The notes: generated from the letters alone by a model not told the origin. A stretch of DNA of 64,000 bases from Callorhinchus milii (GCF_018977255.1 NW_024704747.1:27094001-27158000), one strand, 5' to 3'. Shown: positions 12,977 to 25,717, counted from the stretch's first letter. A program made the numbers and translations.

Positions 12977-15900
12977 TTACCACATAAATCCAAGGGCTTG
13001 CTTAGACCACTGGATGTCACCGGTATCATGTAGGTGCTTAATCTGCTCAGTTGTACCACGTGTGTATTTCGGAAGTTGAACTCCACTCTTATCTTGGGAC
13101 TGGTAACTGGGTTTTATTCCACCTTTCCCTTCAAATGCTGGTCCATAGCCACCGCCAATACCACAATGAGCAGCTTTAAGAAGTGGGTAGGTATTTCGCC
13201 CATTCTCAGTGGCTGAATCAATAACTCTTTTTGCATATTCTTGGAATTTCTTTTCTTCCAAAGCCAGTAGAGCATTAGTGTGTTTTTCAAGATCAAGATC
13301 AGTATTGCGGTCATGTGAAATTCTCGCTTTCTTTTCAGCCTGATTGATAGTGGGTACAGAAAGTCAAGTTTTTTCAGATGTTATTTTTCAGAAGTATATA
13401 ATAGGCATATGAATAAGCAGAAAAGTTCCAACAAGTCGATCACTTTCAGACATCACCAGTCATCTTTTTAATGTGATTATTTCAATGCATTTCAACACTT
13501 CTAACATGCGTTCTAACATGGGAGGAAAGAAGATTCTCTTTGGGGCTGAGCTGCATCCAGGATGATGTGCCAGGCAATGGAATCTTGCAGTCAATTTGAC
13601 CTTCTGTAGCAGTCTCAGTTGTCCAGTTTCTGAACCAGACAGGTCCACATGTGCTCCAAGGCACTACTAATAACAGATCAGTCAGCCTGGCTTGTCTGCA
13701 GCATTTGGTAGGGATTCTTTCCACTCAGCTGCTACTTGTGTTCAAAGCCCTACTGGGAAGGGTAGCGCTAGCTGAACAGGCAGCAGGAATTGTATCAGAC
13801 AGTACTCACGATGGCAAGCTGTGCATATTTATTTGATTAAACCTCAATACCTCAAAAGCACAATCTGGGCCCAAACTTTGGCACATGCCAACCTGTGCCT
13901 GATTTCCTAAAATAGGTTCTCCTACTACAACAACAACAAGATTACATTTGTACAGCGCCTTTTACAAGGGGAAAGCGCACGATCCTTTCCAGAAATTCCC
14001 ATGCATTGGTGGCATGCATTTGTTGGATCATGTTTGGGTTTGGATACTCTTGAACATAGTGATTTTTTTTGCACGCGGCAGACCATTTAATATTTTTACT
14101 AACCTATGTACAAAAATGCAGTATGTATTAATTTCCAAAAATGTGTAAGTTAATTTTATTTTGTATGCTAGGCAATTGTTTGGAAGACTGCGCCACAAGC
14201 AATTGTTACCACACAAAGTGCTCAGGTAAATGGAGTTCTAAAAATCACATTTCTTTCTTGCTACTTGTGTATTTCTAGCCCTGCTACTCTTCTAACTTAT
14301 TTTCACTGCCATCTTCAATCTGACTACTAATCTCTAAATAGAATGGTTTCCTAGGTAGCCGTTGTTTTTCTTCTTAAATAAAATATGTTTCCATTATAAG
14401 GCACTCCATCTAGTAACATGTCCGTGATTGACTTGTGAATTCAAACTAACGTCCTCAACATGGAGTTGTAATCTACCAAACCACCTTCAGAAAGTATTTT
14501 CATTTATCCCACCAATTTCTATTGATAAAGAACATTAACTTATTTTTCTAACATGTCCTGTATTTTTCTTAAACACCCCGTTATTTAATAAGAAGCCACA
14601 TAACTTCATATATTTCTGACAAATGGAAGTGGACATGGAAGTAAAATTTTTCTATAATAATCCCTAATCTATTGTGAGTTTGGATTGGTTAGTAATGGGA
14701 GAACCACAATTAACTTCTGTGCCCCAGGCTCGGGAAGAGAAAAAAAAACTTAGATTTATATCTGGAGATTGATGCTTGAAATTGTGAATATGCTGACATT
14801 CGAGGTAGATACTATATCCCTTTGACGCCTACTACGTTCTACATGTGTAGAATAGCTTCTTGGGCAAAGCTCCCTTGGGGGGCCTACAAAGGTACAAAGT
14901 TGAGCTGCCAACTTCAGGAAGAAAGTACAGTGTGTATTAATTCCCAAAACAGTCAGGAGTAGCATAGCTAGAAATACAGCAGTTGGAAAAAAGAGGGGAG
15001 AAAAAANGTAATAATTACCAGTTGTTGAATTTGAAAGCTTTGCAATTTCTTGCACTCTTCGAGAATCTTCTGCTGTTTTTCTGCCTTTTTCATACCAAAT
15101 ATGCGATATGCCTCTTTCTTTGCATGAAGAATTTCAAGTCCTTCTATTCTTTCTTCTTTTTCCTGATCCTCTTTTGCTTTCAGCTGATGGTACATTATCT
15201 CATTACAAAACTTAACTCTGATTTGGATTCATGTATTAAGAGGTTTTTTTAAAAAAACTTAAATATCATCACACTACCCCTCAAATGCCCCACAAACAGC
15301 CATGAGTGAATGATCAATTTTATCTGTCGGATTGTTGGTCAGGACACTGGGAGAAATTTCTTTCTACTTTTTTTTGAATAGTGCCATGGGATCTTTAACA
15401 TTCACCTAAACAGGCAGCTAGGTTTTAACATCTCATCTAAAGGATGGCGCTTTTGAATGAGACATCAACCGACACATAGATGAATATTTAAAAACAAAAC
15501 CTATGTTACCTTTTATGTGAACAAATACATTACCATCATAATTCTGTGTTCTGCAATGGACTTCAAATCAGCCATCCGTTTTTCTTCCTTTTCCCTGATC
15601 TCTTTCTCACTTTTAGCCTCCATCTCTGCTGTGGCTCTCTTAATGCGGTCATCCTCGTCTTCTATTTTATCTTTTAACTGTTTCCCTAAAACCTCTAACA
15701 TCCTGTTTCTGTGTTCTTCGATCTGCCTGGATAGTGATGTAAAATCATTGTTACACATTATTTGTGAATTTGTTATGGTTAAATAATTTTATCTGATTGG
15801 CAACAGTGAAAGATCATGCACTGGAAGAACAATTAGTGTTAAGGCTGCAGTTTTACCCTCATACTTGAGAACTGCACTGGGGTACCAGTGAGCATAGAGA

Positions 15901-18900
15901 TTTTCCATAGCCTAATATATGCCTGAGCAACCCTGATTTTGTTGCTAGGGCATATATCAGTCACTGTAGTGATTTCTGCTACATTGATAATTTTGAACTT
16001 GAATGGCTTATCGTGCCACATTTCTGTAATCTTGTCAAGATATGGTGACTGGCAAATTACTATACTAGTCTGAGGTTCATTACTCTGGCTTACCATAAAT
16101 ATATATACAGTATATATTTTTAAAATACTAGCTTGATACCCTTCAGTTCTTCACCAGCCTATATAATTCTCTTTTCTTTGCTGACACAATTTGCCTCCAA
16201 TTCACCATTCTTTGTGTACGATAATTATATCCGAGCTGTCTGCATAACTTCCCTATTCTAACCTTCAGTCCATGTCTCCTTGTTCTAGATTTCTGACTAT
16301 TTAAATTATTATTAACGCTCAGTTTTTTTGTACCCTTTAGTATCTTGAACACTTCAATTAAACCTCAGCCTTCTTGTTTTTAAAGAACATCCTCAGCTTT
16401 TGTAACTTCTAAATATAAAAACATATAAAATAACTCAAATATCTGATTCAAACTATAAGTCTAGTTGCCCCTTGTTGTATCCTCTCCAATTCCAAAAAAT
16501 CATTACTGTAAAATAGCATCCAGAATTGGACAGAAATATTACAATAGTCCAGTGAGATAGATTTAAAGTTTAGGATAAGATGTACTTTTGAGATGGTGTA
16601 ACTTTATTCTTCTGAGCTGCATATTGCTTATTATATAGTATCTGTACATATTACCAGCCAATACTCGGTGATTCATTTTGAACACATTGCTCTGTTGTTA
16701 TTCCAACAATTCCTTACTTGTTATCTTCTGCTTGCTTTTTTTTCCTATATTTCAACATTTTTTGTTTTGCTGAAACAAATGCCCTGATCTCTTCATCTTT
16801 ATCTAATTCCTTCTGCTTCTGTATTGTTTTGAATATATTCATGTTTTCAAGGTGTGCCTGAAAATTAAACAATGTACATTTGCAGTTTATAGTTTATTTC
16901 TTTCAGTATCTTAATTTCTTTTAAATTGATTCATTCAGTTGTTGATTTCCAAAATTCCAACAAGTTTGCTCAGTAATTTAATCTATACACAATATTTCAA
17001 AGAAATTTCTGCCTCTACCTCTAGGAAGTGAATAATTGATACATTTATACCTAAGCCCATATTTATACCTTAGAACTCCAAATATTGTTTCCTTAACCAC
17101 AAAACCTGAAATTCTGGTGAGCAACATTTTTAAAGATATAGGCAGAAGTATTGGTTCCTTACAGTTACCATTAGCGATTACTTTTTATTGTCTATTATGA
17201 AGTATCATACTTTAATCTGTTTGCATATTTTATTAGTATTTCTGAAGACTATGATGAAGTTTTTTTTAAAAAACATTATCAGCAGCTGCAGATCAAAGTT
17301 TTTAAAACAAAGCAGGTTAAGGAGAGAAAACAATATATTATCTTCATTACAATAAAAGCAACTATTATTTAGTGAGCATTTTCAATTCAACCACCAGAGA
17401 ATGGGAAAGAGGGTAAAAAGATGCTGTGCTCTTAGCTGATCTTAACAAGGGTAATGATTATAATGGTTCATCTCCTCTGGTACTGAAGTTTAATAGCTTC
17501 GTATTTAGGTTGAAAATACAGTGATATACCTACCAAATGAGAGACCATATTATTATATTTTTCTTGCTTCTTTAGTGCTTCAAGTTTATCACGTTCCCAT
17601 TCATGTAAACGTGCTAATTTCTTGATTTCTTCTCCTTCCATTATATTTTCTTTTCTATCCTGCTGTTTTTCATTGTCATGTTCCCTTATCCTAATATCAA
17701 AAATAGGAAGCAGTGAACAGATTTTTTTTTTAAGAAGTCACCGGATACATAAACAGTATTTTCAGAAATCCTGCCACAAAAGATATTGATGATAAAAGAT
17801 TGTGGGAACTTGATATCAATATACTGCCCTTTTACAGTGATCACAGTTCACACTGTTAAACATTTGGTTATTGTTGGAATGGATTTTAGTGTACTGTTTG
17901 AGAGGAAGATTAGTTTAATCCATGAGAGAGATTAGTTTCAATCCTAAAAAAACTTCTGATCGTGCTTTTTTTGATCTGATGTTCACAATTGATGCATGAT
18001 CAAAAGTTTCCTGGGAATTTTTCTGATGAACCAATCTCCTACTACCATTACTTTGTTTTTCACACAACTGCTTTTTGTAAATTGCGATAACTTTGCCTTA
18101 ATTTCAGAACATAGGTACATCTAATCTCTGGGTTACTCTCCTGATTTGTCGCATGTATTACTGCTTCTCCTTACCCACACTTGGTGTTTACCATTTTCAT
18201 GACATTCATGAATTATGTAAAACAGGGGAAATTACACTCTTTCTGAACTGAAATTTTGAATGAAAGTCACCTTACATTCGCTCTTCATTTCTTTAAACCA
18301 AAAGAGTTGGTTGATTATCACCCCTCTAGGTCCCCTGAAAGCTATTACAAAATTACACTTACTGTTCTAGATGGAAATCAGCAAGACCCTTCCTCGCTTC
18401 CATTTGTTTTTCCATTTTTTCCTGTTCATTATAAGCACCTTTTTCCAGCATTCGATGCATTTCCTCCACTGCGACTCTCTCTTGCCCTTTAAGAATATTA
18501 AGCTTTTTCCGTTTGAGATCAATCTGGGCTTCTCGTTCTTTCATCACTTCAGTAAGCAGAAATGCAGACTACACAAAACAAAATAGACATATTGAAGAAT
18601 GATGGACGGTTTTGATGTACAGTGATAAAGTTGTTTCTACACACTAGTAAAATTCCGATAATTACTGTTTCAACATCAGTAAGCTTGTATATTTTTCAAT
18701 ATTGTTTTTTAAACTTGTCCCATGCATTATTCTCCAGGCAAGAACAAAGACAGAAACAAACTAACTGGAGAATTTATTACATCATAGAGAAAGCAGCAAA
18801 GAATGACTTGGCATCAGGTTCTAACCAACTCAAGCTCTTAGATTCACCTCAGCACCTTGTCCTGGCGTTATTAAAATACTATTTCCTATGAAGTAACATG

Positions 18901-21900
18901 ATGCATCTAACACCTTAAAAGACAATTTATGATTGAAGCCAATCTTCAATCTATCTAATTAGCCCACAATCACTCTTGCTGTCTGTGAAAATTACATATT
19001 TACTGAGGTTATTGATTGTGAATTGGAAAAGAAAACCTAAAACTAGTTGTGGGAAGTAAAAACAGCACATTTTTGACAGGTTGGAATGGATGTTATTCAT
19101 TAATGGACCAATATTAATTGAGTAACAGCATTAATATTGTCACATTATGAATGAGAGTTCATAGGAATTGTAATATAGAAGTATTTTCTGCGAGAAGTAA
19201 ACTTGCAGACAGCCTCATGAGAGAAATAATTTATAGAAACTTGTAGAGTATGATGGGATTATGTTATGCTGTTGTGAAGCAATAAAATCTAAGACTCTTA
19301 CCATTGTTACACATCACAAGCCATCCTCATTATCTTTAAATGAACAGAAATAGTAACATTTTGTATCACCTTGCTATATTTATATAATAGTATTTTATAA
19401 AAAGAAAATGACCCGGTAAGTACAAAATTTTTGTTTTGATAGTTAATTAACTGTTGACATAACTATATAAAGTTACTACTGTACATGAAATTGTTTCACT
19501 CGGTCAGTCTGGTGGTAGTACATGACTTTGGCTCTTTCAATTTCTTGTTTTCTTTTCTGAGCCATGTACTTTGCTTCCTCTATGTCTACCCGTACTCTCT
19601 CCTCTTCCTCCTTTTCTTCACGAATTTTTCTGGCTGCAAGTTTTTTTTGTCTATGACCCTAGAAAATAAAGTATCCTGGTCATTTGTTTTGCACAGGTTT
19701 CAAATCTGATTCTTCAATATTGTTAACACAAGATCTTATGATTAACATGGTAAGGAAATTAAAGGTCATTCCTTCCCTACATTGAATCAGCACATGTGGA
19801 AAAAAAAAGAAATAATAACACTGCAAAGGTTTAGCTTCTGTTCACTGCACGTTTTTTTGAAAAATCCAGAAATATACTCATGACCGTAAGGAGGCAAAAC
19901 AGCACTTCAAATGCCACACTATTACTAATCTGCTCCTCCCCAATGAGCGCCCAAATATATACAGCTACTACTGGAAAGAGAGATATAAAACATTATGAGC
20001 TAACAATTGGAATTATAGCTTGGAATAAGATACGTTATGTGCAGAACGTTATGTGTTGCCAACAGCCTACGTTTGTACTCACCGGGTCGTTTTCTATTTA
20101 TAAAATACTATTATATGAATATAATGAGATGATTCAAGGCTATTAATAATACATAATGATAGCAAGCACAGGATATGTCACTGCTCCTCTGAACATGAAA
20201 GGCAAGATAAAGTATATTGTTTTGTACTTACTGCAATGGTATTTGACCAGTGTTTGATCACTTCTTTGGATCGTTTGTGTAATTCTTCTCGTTCCTCTCT
20301 TTGGGCCCGGTTAAACTCTGCTTCACAATCTACACCACTCACCACGTCCTCAATACGTTGCCATTCAGCCTTTGGCAGTATTGTTACTTGTCGTAGGTCG
20401 ACTAGACTTGGAAAATTTATTCCCCTATTAGGAGCAACTGGTTCTTCACAGACTTGTTCTAAATTTCAGAAAATGTCAATTACTATCACCTGTGATACCA
20501 AGCACTACAAAGAAAAATATTGTGTATTGACAGAAAAATAATAAATATAGGCTTTTGTACATCAAAACCTTCCATCATTCTTCAATATGTCTATTTTGTT
20601 GTGTAGTCTGCATTTCTGCTTATATACAACCACTCTCCATATTCATTTGTGTTACAGACAAAATCATTAACAACTGCGACCTCCTAAGCCCCCACCAACC
20701 CGCCCGTTCCCTCCGCTCAGCCGGCCCCGGCCTGCTCCACTACCCTGACCCACCCGCCCCACCATTGGCGAGAGAGCCTTCAGCCACTCTGCCCCCCAAC
20801 CTCTGGAATTCCATCCCCCAATCACTCCGCCTCGCCCACTCCTTAGCCTCCTTCAAGTCCTGCCTCAAAATCCTCCTCTTCAACCATTCCGTCGGCCACC
20901 CCCCTCCCTTCCCTTCCCACCCCACCCCGACCCCAGCTCGGGTCTGAAATGCTGTCACTGTCCAGCGCCTTGGGACGTCCTCCCGACGTGAAAGGTCCTA
21001 TACAAATGTAATCTTGTTGTTGTTGACTGCTTTAATCTGTCCACAATGGATTAGACATTTCAGATGTCTTTTCCCATGTTTCTTTTAATTCCTACAGAGA
21101 ATGCGTCAGCTGTGCTGATACTGTTGGTTGCCAAAATTGCATTTATTTATAGTGCAATAATGACAACATCTAAATGATGTGTCCCTTACCGTAGACTGTT
21201 TTAGGGCAAAAAGCTTCACATCTTTTTGAAGTTCCTTCATCATCCTCAATCACTGTAAATATAAACACAAAACATTAGAATAATCAAATTTACTATCTCG
21301 CTAAGTAGAAATAAACCTGCATGTGCTATTTAATCAAGCACAATTGTGTGAAATTCATCTTAACAAGTTGGTGAATATGTTAAAAGTGCCAAGTGATGGT
21401 AAGGATTTCAAATCTAACTTGAAAGTCTATATATGCCTTAGTAGTTACCATAAATTATACTAACTACAATGAACTAGAGATTTTGTTAAATCTATAACCT
21501 ATACAGTAATCCTGTATTTCTACATTGTCTAAAAAGTATTACAAAACTGGTTTAACTATCCCGTGTGTCTACTGGTGTTTGTAGGTCGGTATTGCAGATA
21601 CAGTTAAACAACAACCAGTTGTATTTATATTGTGCCCCTCACGCAGGATCGCGTCTCGGAGTGAATAATCATCGAAGTAGTAATAATAATAACAACAATC
21701 CTTACATCTGACACAGCGCCTCATCACGTGGTCGCGACGTCCCAAAGCGCTTCACAGACTACCGTGAAGTGGAGTGACCGCATTCGGTCATCGTGAATGA
21801 CCGAAAGGTTAAACGGTAATTATTAACAACAGTGATACGTGCAACCGGGGAGCGCGAGCGCCCGGTCCCGTCTTCCGAGACGTCTCAAAGGCGCTTCGCG

Positions 21901-22141
21901 GAAAATATAGGCGAATCGAGACCGCGTCCCACAGACGGTGGGGGCCAAATCCTTATATATTTTTTGAAAGAATTATTACCCCATACCCCCCCCCCCCCCC
22001 CCCAAATTACTGTTTGCCCAACACAAGCCCCCAAACAGTTTGCATTGATGTGTGTGTGGGGGGGGGGGGGGAAGGGGGGAACTCACCATTGATATATGTG
22101 CTCAGACATTTCCTTCTCAGGGAGGGGGCAGAGGCGGCCAT
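12977..22141 (-). CDS. CFAP210: Cilia- and flagella-associated protein 210 (CCDC173, trichohyalin-plectin-homology coiled coil), 10 coding exons, about 580 aa
   Basis: Minus-strand exons 22141-22087, 21252-21190, 20458-20232, 19658-19485, 18568-18363, 17690-17534, 16857-16718, 15726-15534, 15183-15019, 13339-12977; phases are consistent. Motifs VDLRQVTILPKAEWQRI, SKEVIKHWSNT, YYHQTDRVKQFHSAFLLTEVMKEREAQI and C-terminal GGGYGP...PSYQSQDKSGVQLP...LGFMW resemble CCDC173 as recalled; synteny agrees. The first two exons are less certain. Confidence 0.9.
15285..15455 (-). mobile_element. Ancient DeuSINE (SacSINE1/AmnSINE1-like) Deu-domain fragment
   Basis: Reverse complement reads gcgccatcctttagatgagatgttaaaacc...aggtgaatgttaaagatcccatggcactattc...ttctcccagtgtcctgaccaa...ggctgtttgtgggg, matching the Deu-domain consensus as recalled. 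Confidence 0.7.
16355..16545 (-). mobile_element. Degraded CR1-type LINE fragment
   Basis: cctcagccttcttgtttttaaagaacatcctcagc...cccttgttgtatcctctccaattcc...ccagaattggacag resembles the antisense of a CR1 reverse-transcriptase C-terminus; highly diverged. Confidence 0.4.
20678..21024 (+). mobile_element. L2-clade LINE, 5'-truncated 3' end
   Basis: Encodes DLLSPHQPARSLRSAG...NLWNSIPQSLR...ASFKSCLK. Ends ccagcgccttgggacgtcctcccgacgtgaaagg...aatcttgttgttgttg, like the copies at 51856 and 53436. Confidence 0.85.
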
Positions 22142-22800
22142 GGCGCTTGGGAGAGAGAGAGAGAGAGGGGGTGTGTGGGGTGGTGGGGAGGGGGTAAATG
22201 CCGCAATCTTCTCACGTGTGCGAAATGGCGGCGACTCGAGGCCTCGCGTCCATCGGCCCCGCTTGGTTTCCTTGGTAACGGTCACCAGGCAACGGCCGCG
22301 GGGGGTGCGGGCTGGGCAGGGAGGGAGGGCGTGTCCCCCGCGGCCTGTCTGTCATCTCTTGTAACCTCGGCAACGGGGTGGCTGAGGGCGTGGTCGGCAC
22401 CTCCCCTCCCCTCCCCCCAACTCGGCCTTTGTGACGTGTCGCGCTGAGCGCGCAGCCGCAGACGGTCTCCGTGTCCCCCCCCCCCCGGTGACCTGTCGCC
22501 GACGGCTCGAGGGGTTCCCGCCTCAGGTTTGTCTCTCCCTCTCCTGTTCCACTGGCGCGACACTGTACAGGGAGGGGTTCGTGCTCCAGCGGGAAGCAGT
22601 GGGTCACCTCAGGCCCCGGGCCTTCCCCAAAAGGCTTTCCTTTCGCCGGATCCCACCAGGCCAAGGCCTCCGGATGGAGGAGGCCACCCCCAGCTCATCC
22701 CGCCGGGACGGGAGCGACCAACACGCGGCCCGCGGGCCGGTGCCGGCCCGCTGGGGGTGATGTCTGGCGGGCCTGCCCATTGGCTGCTGAGAATCACATG
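21830..22800. promoter_or_regulatory. CpG island / bidirectional promoter for CFAP210 (-) and PHOSPHO2 (+)
   Basis: GC- and CpG-rich block between head-to-head genes. YY1-like aaatggcggc at ~22223; X-boxes at 22266-22279, 22281-22293 and 22361-22374; candidate + strand donor ctcag|gtttgt at ~22526. Confidence 0.75.
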
Positions 22801-23164
22801 GCTGTGGTGCGATCGTTCTTTAAAATAAGCCCCGACAGTCAAACCTGTGCATTCTGCCTGACTCACGGTCATGACATTCCCACGAAGCCAATGACAGCTC
22901 ACATTTGTGTATTGCAAAGGGTTATGTCTTTGCCTTTTTTTTACGGTGTGGCCCAAGTAAACAGTGTTAACTTAAATGACCACTGAGGCCCAATGAGTTT
23001 GATACCCCTACTCCAGAACATTCCCACCCCACTGTATCCCCCTGTCAACCCCCCCCCCCACCCACCCCCCGCCGCCCCCCCTCTCCATTGCAGCAAACTG
23101 CGTTTAAAATGAGTCCCAGTGCCCTGACCTCTATTCTGTACCGCAACAACAACTTGCACGCAGG

Positions 23165-23370
23165 GGGGTGGAGGTGGTCCTAAGCACGGTCGAAGAGGAA
23201 GGTTTTCAGGCGGGACTCGAAAAAGGGGGAGATGGGGGGGGGGGGGGAGGGGGGAAAGGCGGAGGGATTGAGAGAGAGTGTTGCAGAGTTTCGGGGCGTA
23301 GTGGCTGAAGACGCGACCGCCGATGGTGGGGCGGAGCGTGCGAGGGACGAGCAGGAGGCCGGTGCCGCTC
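23165..23370 (-). mobile_element. L2-clade LINE 3' fragment (diverged)
   Basis: aagcacggtcgaagaggaaggttttcaggcgggactcgaa...ggagggattgagagagagtgttgcagagtttcggggc is antisense to the L2 3' ends elsewhere in the window. Confidence 0.6.
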
Positions 23371-24182
23371 GGGTGGGACCACCTTTCCCGGTGACCTTTT
23401 CGAGTCGCTCAGTATACTCTGCCTCAGAAGTTTGTGCTCTGTTTTTTTTGGTGGTTTTTCTTTTTTTTTTAGAAGAAAAGAATGGTGAGGTTTTCCTGGC
23501 AGGTCAGTAATTTATTTTCTGAAAATGAAACCAGAATGAGGAAATCTTGACTTTTTAAGAGAAAAGTTTATTCTGTTGTATTTACCCACACAATATGGGA
23601 GACCCATTCCCCTCCTCAGCCTCCCTGGACTTAACAGATTAGAAAATGTGTACCATCACATGAACATCCAGATTTGTGAAATGTTATTCTGCTCTTTGGG
23701 GGAAGCTGTATTGAAGCAGCGTAGACATTGGCTCGATGACTGTCTCGAGTGTAGTTACGAACACTTCGAAGCTATGACTCGCTCGAAGACATAAGCATGT
23801 TCAGTCCTGAACGTTGCCAGGATACCGGACATTTCCCATAACTGCTAAATGAAAATCTCTTTATTTAACCCCCTCACACGCTGAATCCTGCATTGGAAAA
23901 CAAGTTATTTCTGTGTGTTTGCTGCCTCTTGTCTTTCACGTGTTACATGCAAGGAAGCTCTTCATAGAGAGTTGATGGAGGTATGCAGGGTACATGATGT
24001 ACAAATCTGGTTCATTCTTGGCGGTGGGAATGGAGCCAATTTGGGAGGAGAGCGGAAGACAACCATTTTAAGTTGTGGTGTGGGTGGGAAATTGTGTAGG
24101 ACCTCATTCTTAACATCTCATCGGAAGGACATCAGCTGTGACAATGCCACGCTCCAGCATGCCACGAGTGTTATTGTGGACT

Positions 24183-24430
24183 ATAATAATAATCCTTGTA
24201 TTTTGATCTAATGCTTTTCATGTCTTCTAGATGTCTCAAAGCGCTTCACAGAATAGACTGTAAAGTGAATTGACTGTATATTTGATGGGCGAAAAACGCG
24301 GCAGCCAATTGCACACGGCAGTGTCCCACAAACAGTTGTGGATTGAAGTGACCAAATTACTATGAGTTTAAGGTCCTGACTTGGGTTTGAACCTGGAACC
24401 TTCTGACTCAGTGGCGACAGTGCTGAACCA
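24183..24430 (-). mobile_element. SINE fragment (tail plus tRNA-like head remnant)
   Basis: ataataatccttgtattt...gtctcaaagcgcttcacagaata...gcagccaattgcacacggcagtgtcccacaaacag is the reverse complement of the SINE tail. Confidence 0.75.
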
Positions 24431-24988
24431 GACTGACATCTGAAGGGTTCCTTGATTATTACACTAGGGAGGTGTCCTATAGTACTATAGTGGTAGGTCA
24501 TGCTGTACAACTACCCATCCTGAGGTCAGGCCTTATACTCAGTCCTGCAAGTCAGGTATGTTCTGTCAGCCTCATGGGCCCATTAATGCATTTGTTGCAA
24601 TTGGAATTATTGTCTGCCATCCTTCTGGCTCAACCACTCCCCCTCCCCTATTCCATTTTGATCAGGGCTTCCCACAACCTGATACCGTACCCGTTATTAT
24701 ACTAGATTAAATTGTTAACATGGAATTAGAGGTGATAGATCAGGCTTTACATGTTAGCAAATAATGATGAGAGCTACTCGGCAGATATTACCTTCATTTT
24801 CAAAAGGGGTTTGATGAAAGTCCACATGTAACAAATGTTTTTTTTAACAATAATATTTTAACATTTAAACGTTATGGAATTAAGTTGACCTGTTTCTGTG
24901 TGCTTGTTTGGTAATCAAAGTAATCAGATTTTAAACGTTTTAAACTATCCACTTTTGTTTTGTAAAAACAGGATAAAATGTGTGCAGA

Positions 24989-25717
24989 ATGAAGACTTTA
25001 CTTGTCTTTGATTTTGACCACACGATTATAGATGAGAACAGTGACACGTGGGTTGTGAGATGCACACCTGAAAATAAACTTCCGCACTGGCTTCGCAAGT
25101 CGTATCAAGGAAAAGGCTGGAATGAATACATGGGAAGAGTTCTGGGTTACATTGGAGCCCAAGGAATCAATGAATCCAAAATGAAACAAGTCATGGAAGC
25201 TATTCCTTACACTCCAGGAATGGTTAATCTCCTGCAATTCATTTGTCAAAACAAGGATTTCTTTGACTGTATCATCATTTCTGATTCCAATACTGTTTTT
25301 ATCGATTGGATCTTAAAAGCGACAGAGAGCGGTGTATCATTCAATAGAATATTTTCAAACCCAGCAGGTTTTGATGACCAAGGGCATCTCACACTGCAGA
25401 GTTTTCATTCTCATGATTGTTCACAATGTCCCGATAATCTGTGTAAGAAAAANGTGTTGTTAGACTTTGTTGATGATCAATTTAAAGCAGGAGTACGATA
25501 CAGCAGAACCATATACATTGGTGATGGGGGGAATGATGTATGTCCCACTGTAGGCTTGAAGACTTTTGACATTGTTATGCCCAGAAAAGGCTACAGGTTA
25601 GAAAAACAACTTCACAAAATGGTATCTGAAGATATTGATTCTATACAGCCGTCTGTTATTGTGTGGTCCTCGGGTGAAGAAATCTTATCTCATTTGAGAA
25701 AGTATGCAAATACTTAA
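24989..25717 (+). CDS. PHOSPHO2: Pyridoxal phosphate phosphatase PHOSPHO2 (HAD superfamily), single coding exon, 242 aa
   Basis: MKTLLVFDFDHTIIDENSDTW (DxDxT motif), IISDSNTVFIDWIL, CPDNLCK, YIGDGGNDVCP. Acceptor at ~24971; one ambiguous base at 25453. Position next to CFAP210 favours PHOSPHO2 over PHOSPHO1. Confidence 0.95.
   Translation: MKTLLVFDFDHTIIDENSDTWVVRCTPENKLPHWLRKSYQGKGWNEYMGRVLGYIGAQGINESKMKQVMEAIPYTPGMVNLLQFICQNKDFFDCIIISDSNTVFIDWILKATESGVSFNRIFSNPAGFDDQGHLTLQSFHSHDCSQCPDNLCKKXVLLDFVDDQFKAGVRYSRTIYIGDGGNDVCPTVGLKTFDIVMPRKGYRLEKQLHKMVSEDIDSIQPSVIVWSSGEEILSHLRKYANT

Noticed and set aside
20459-20489. Upstream acceptor (tcacag) for CFAP210 exon 3
   Set aside because: It introduces an in-frame TGA; the acceptor giving an exon start at 20458 keeps the frame.
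22007-22956. Numerous overlapping ORFs in GC-rich regions (also 49597-50881 and 60270-61909)
   Set aside because: Stop-codon scarcity in CpG islands and simple repeats; only the short first exons of CFAP210, SSB and METTL5 are supported.
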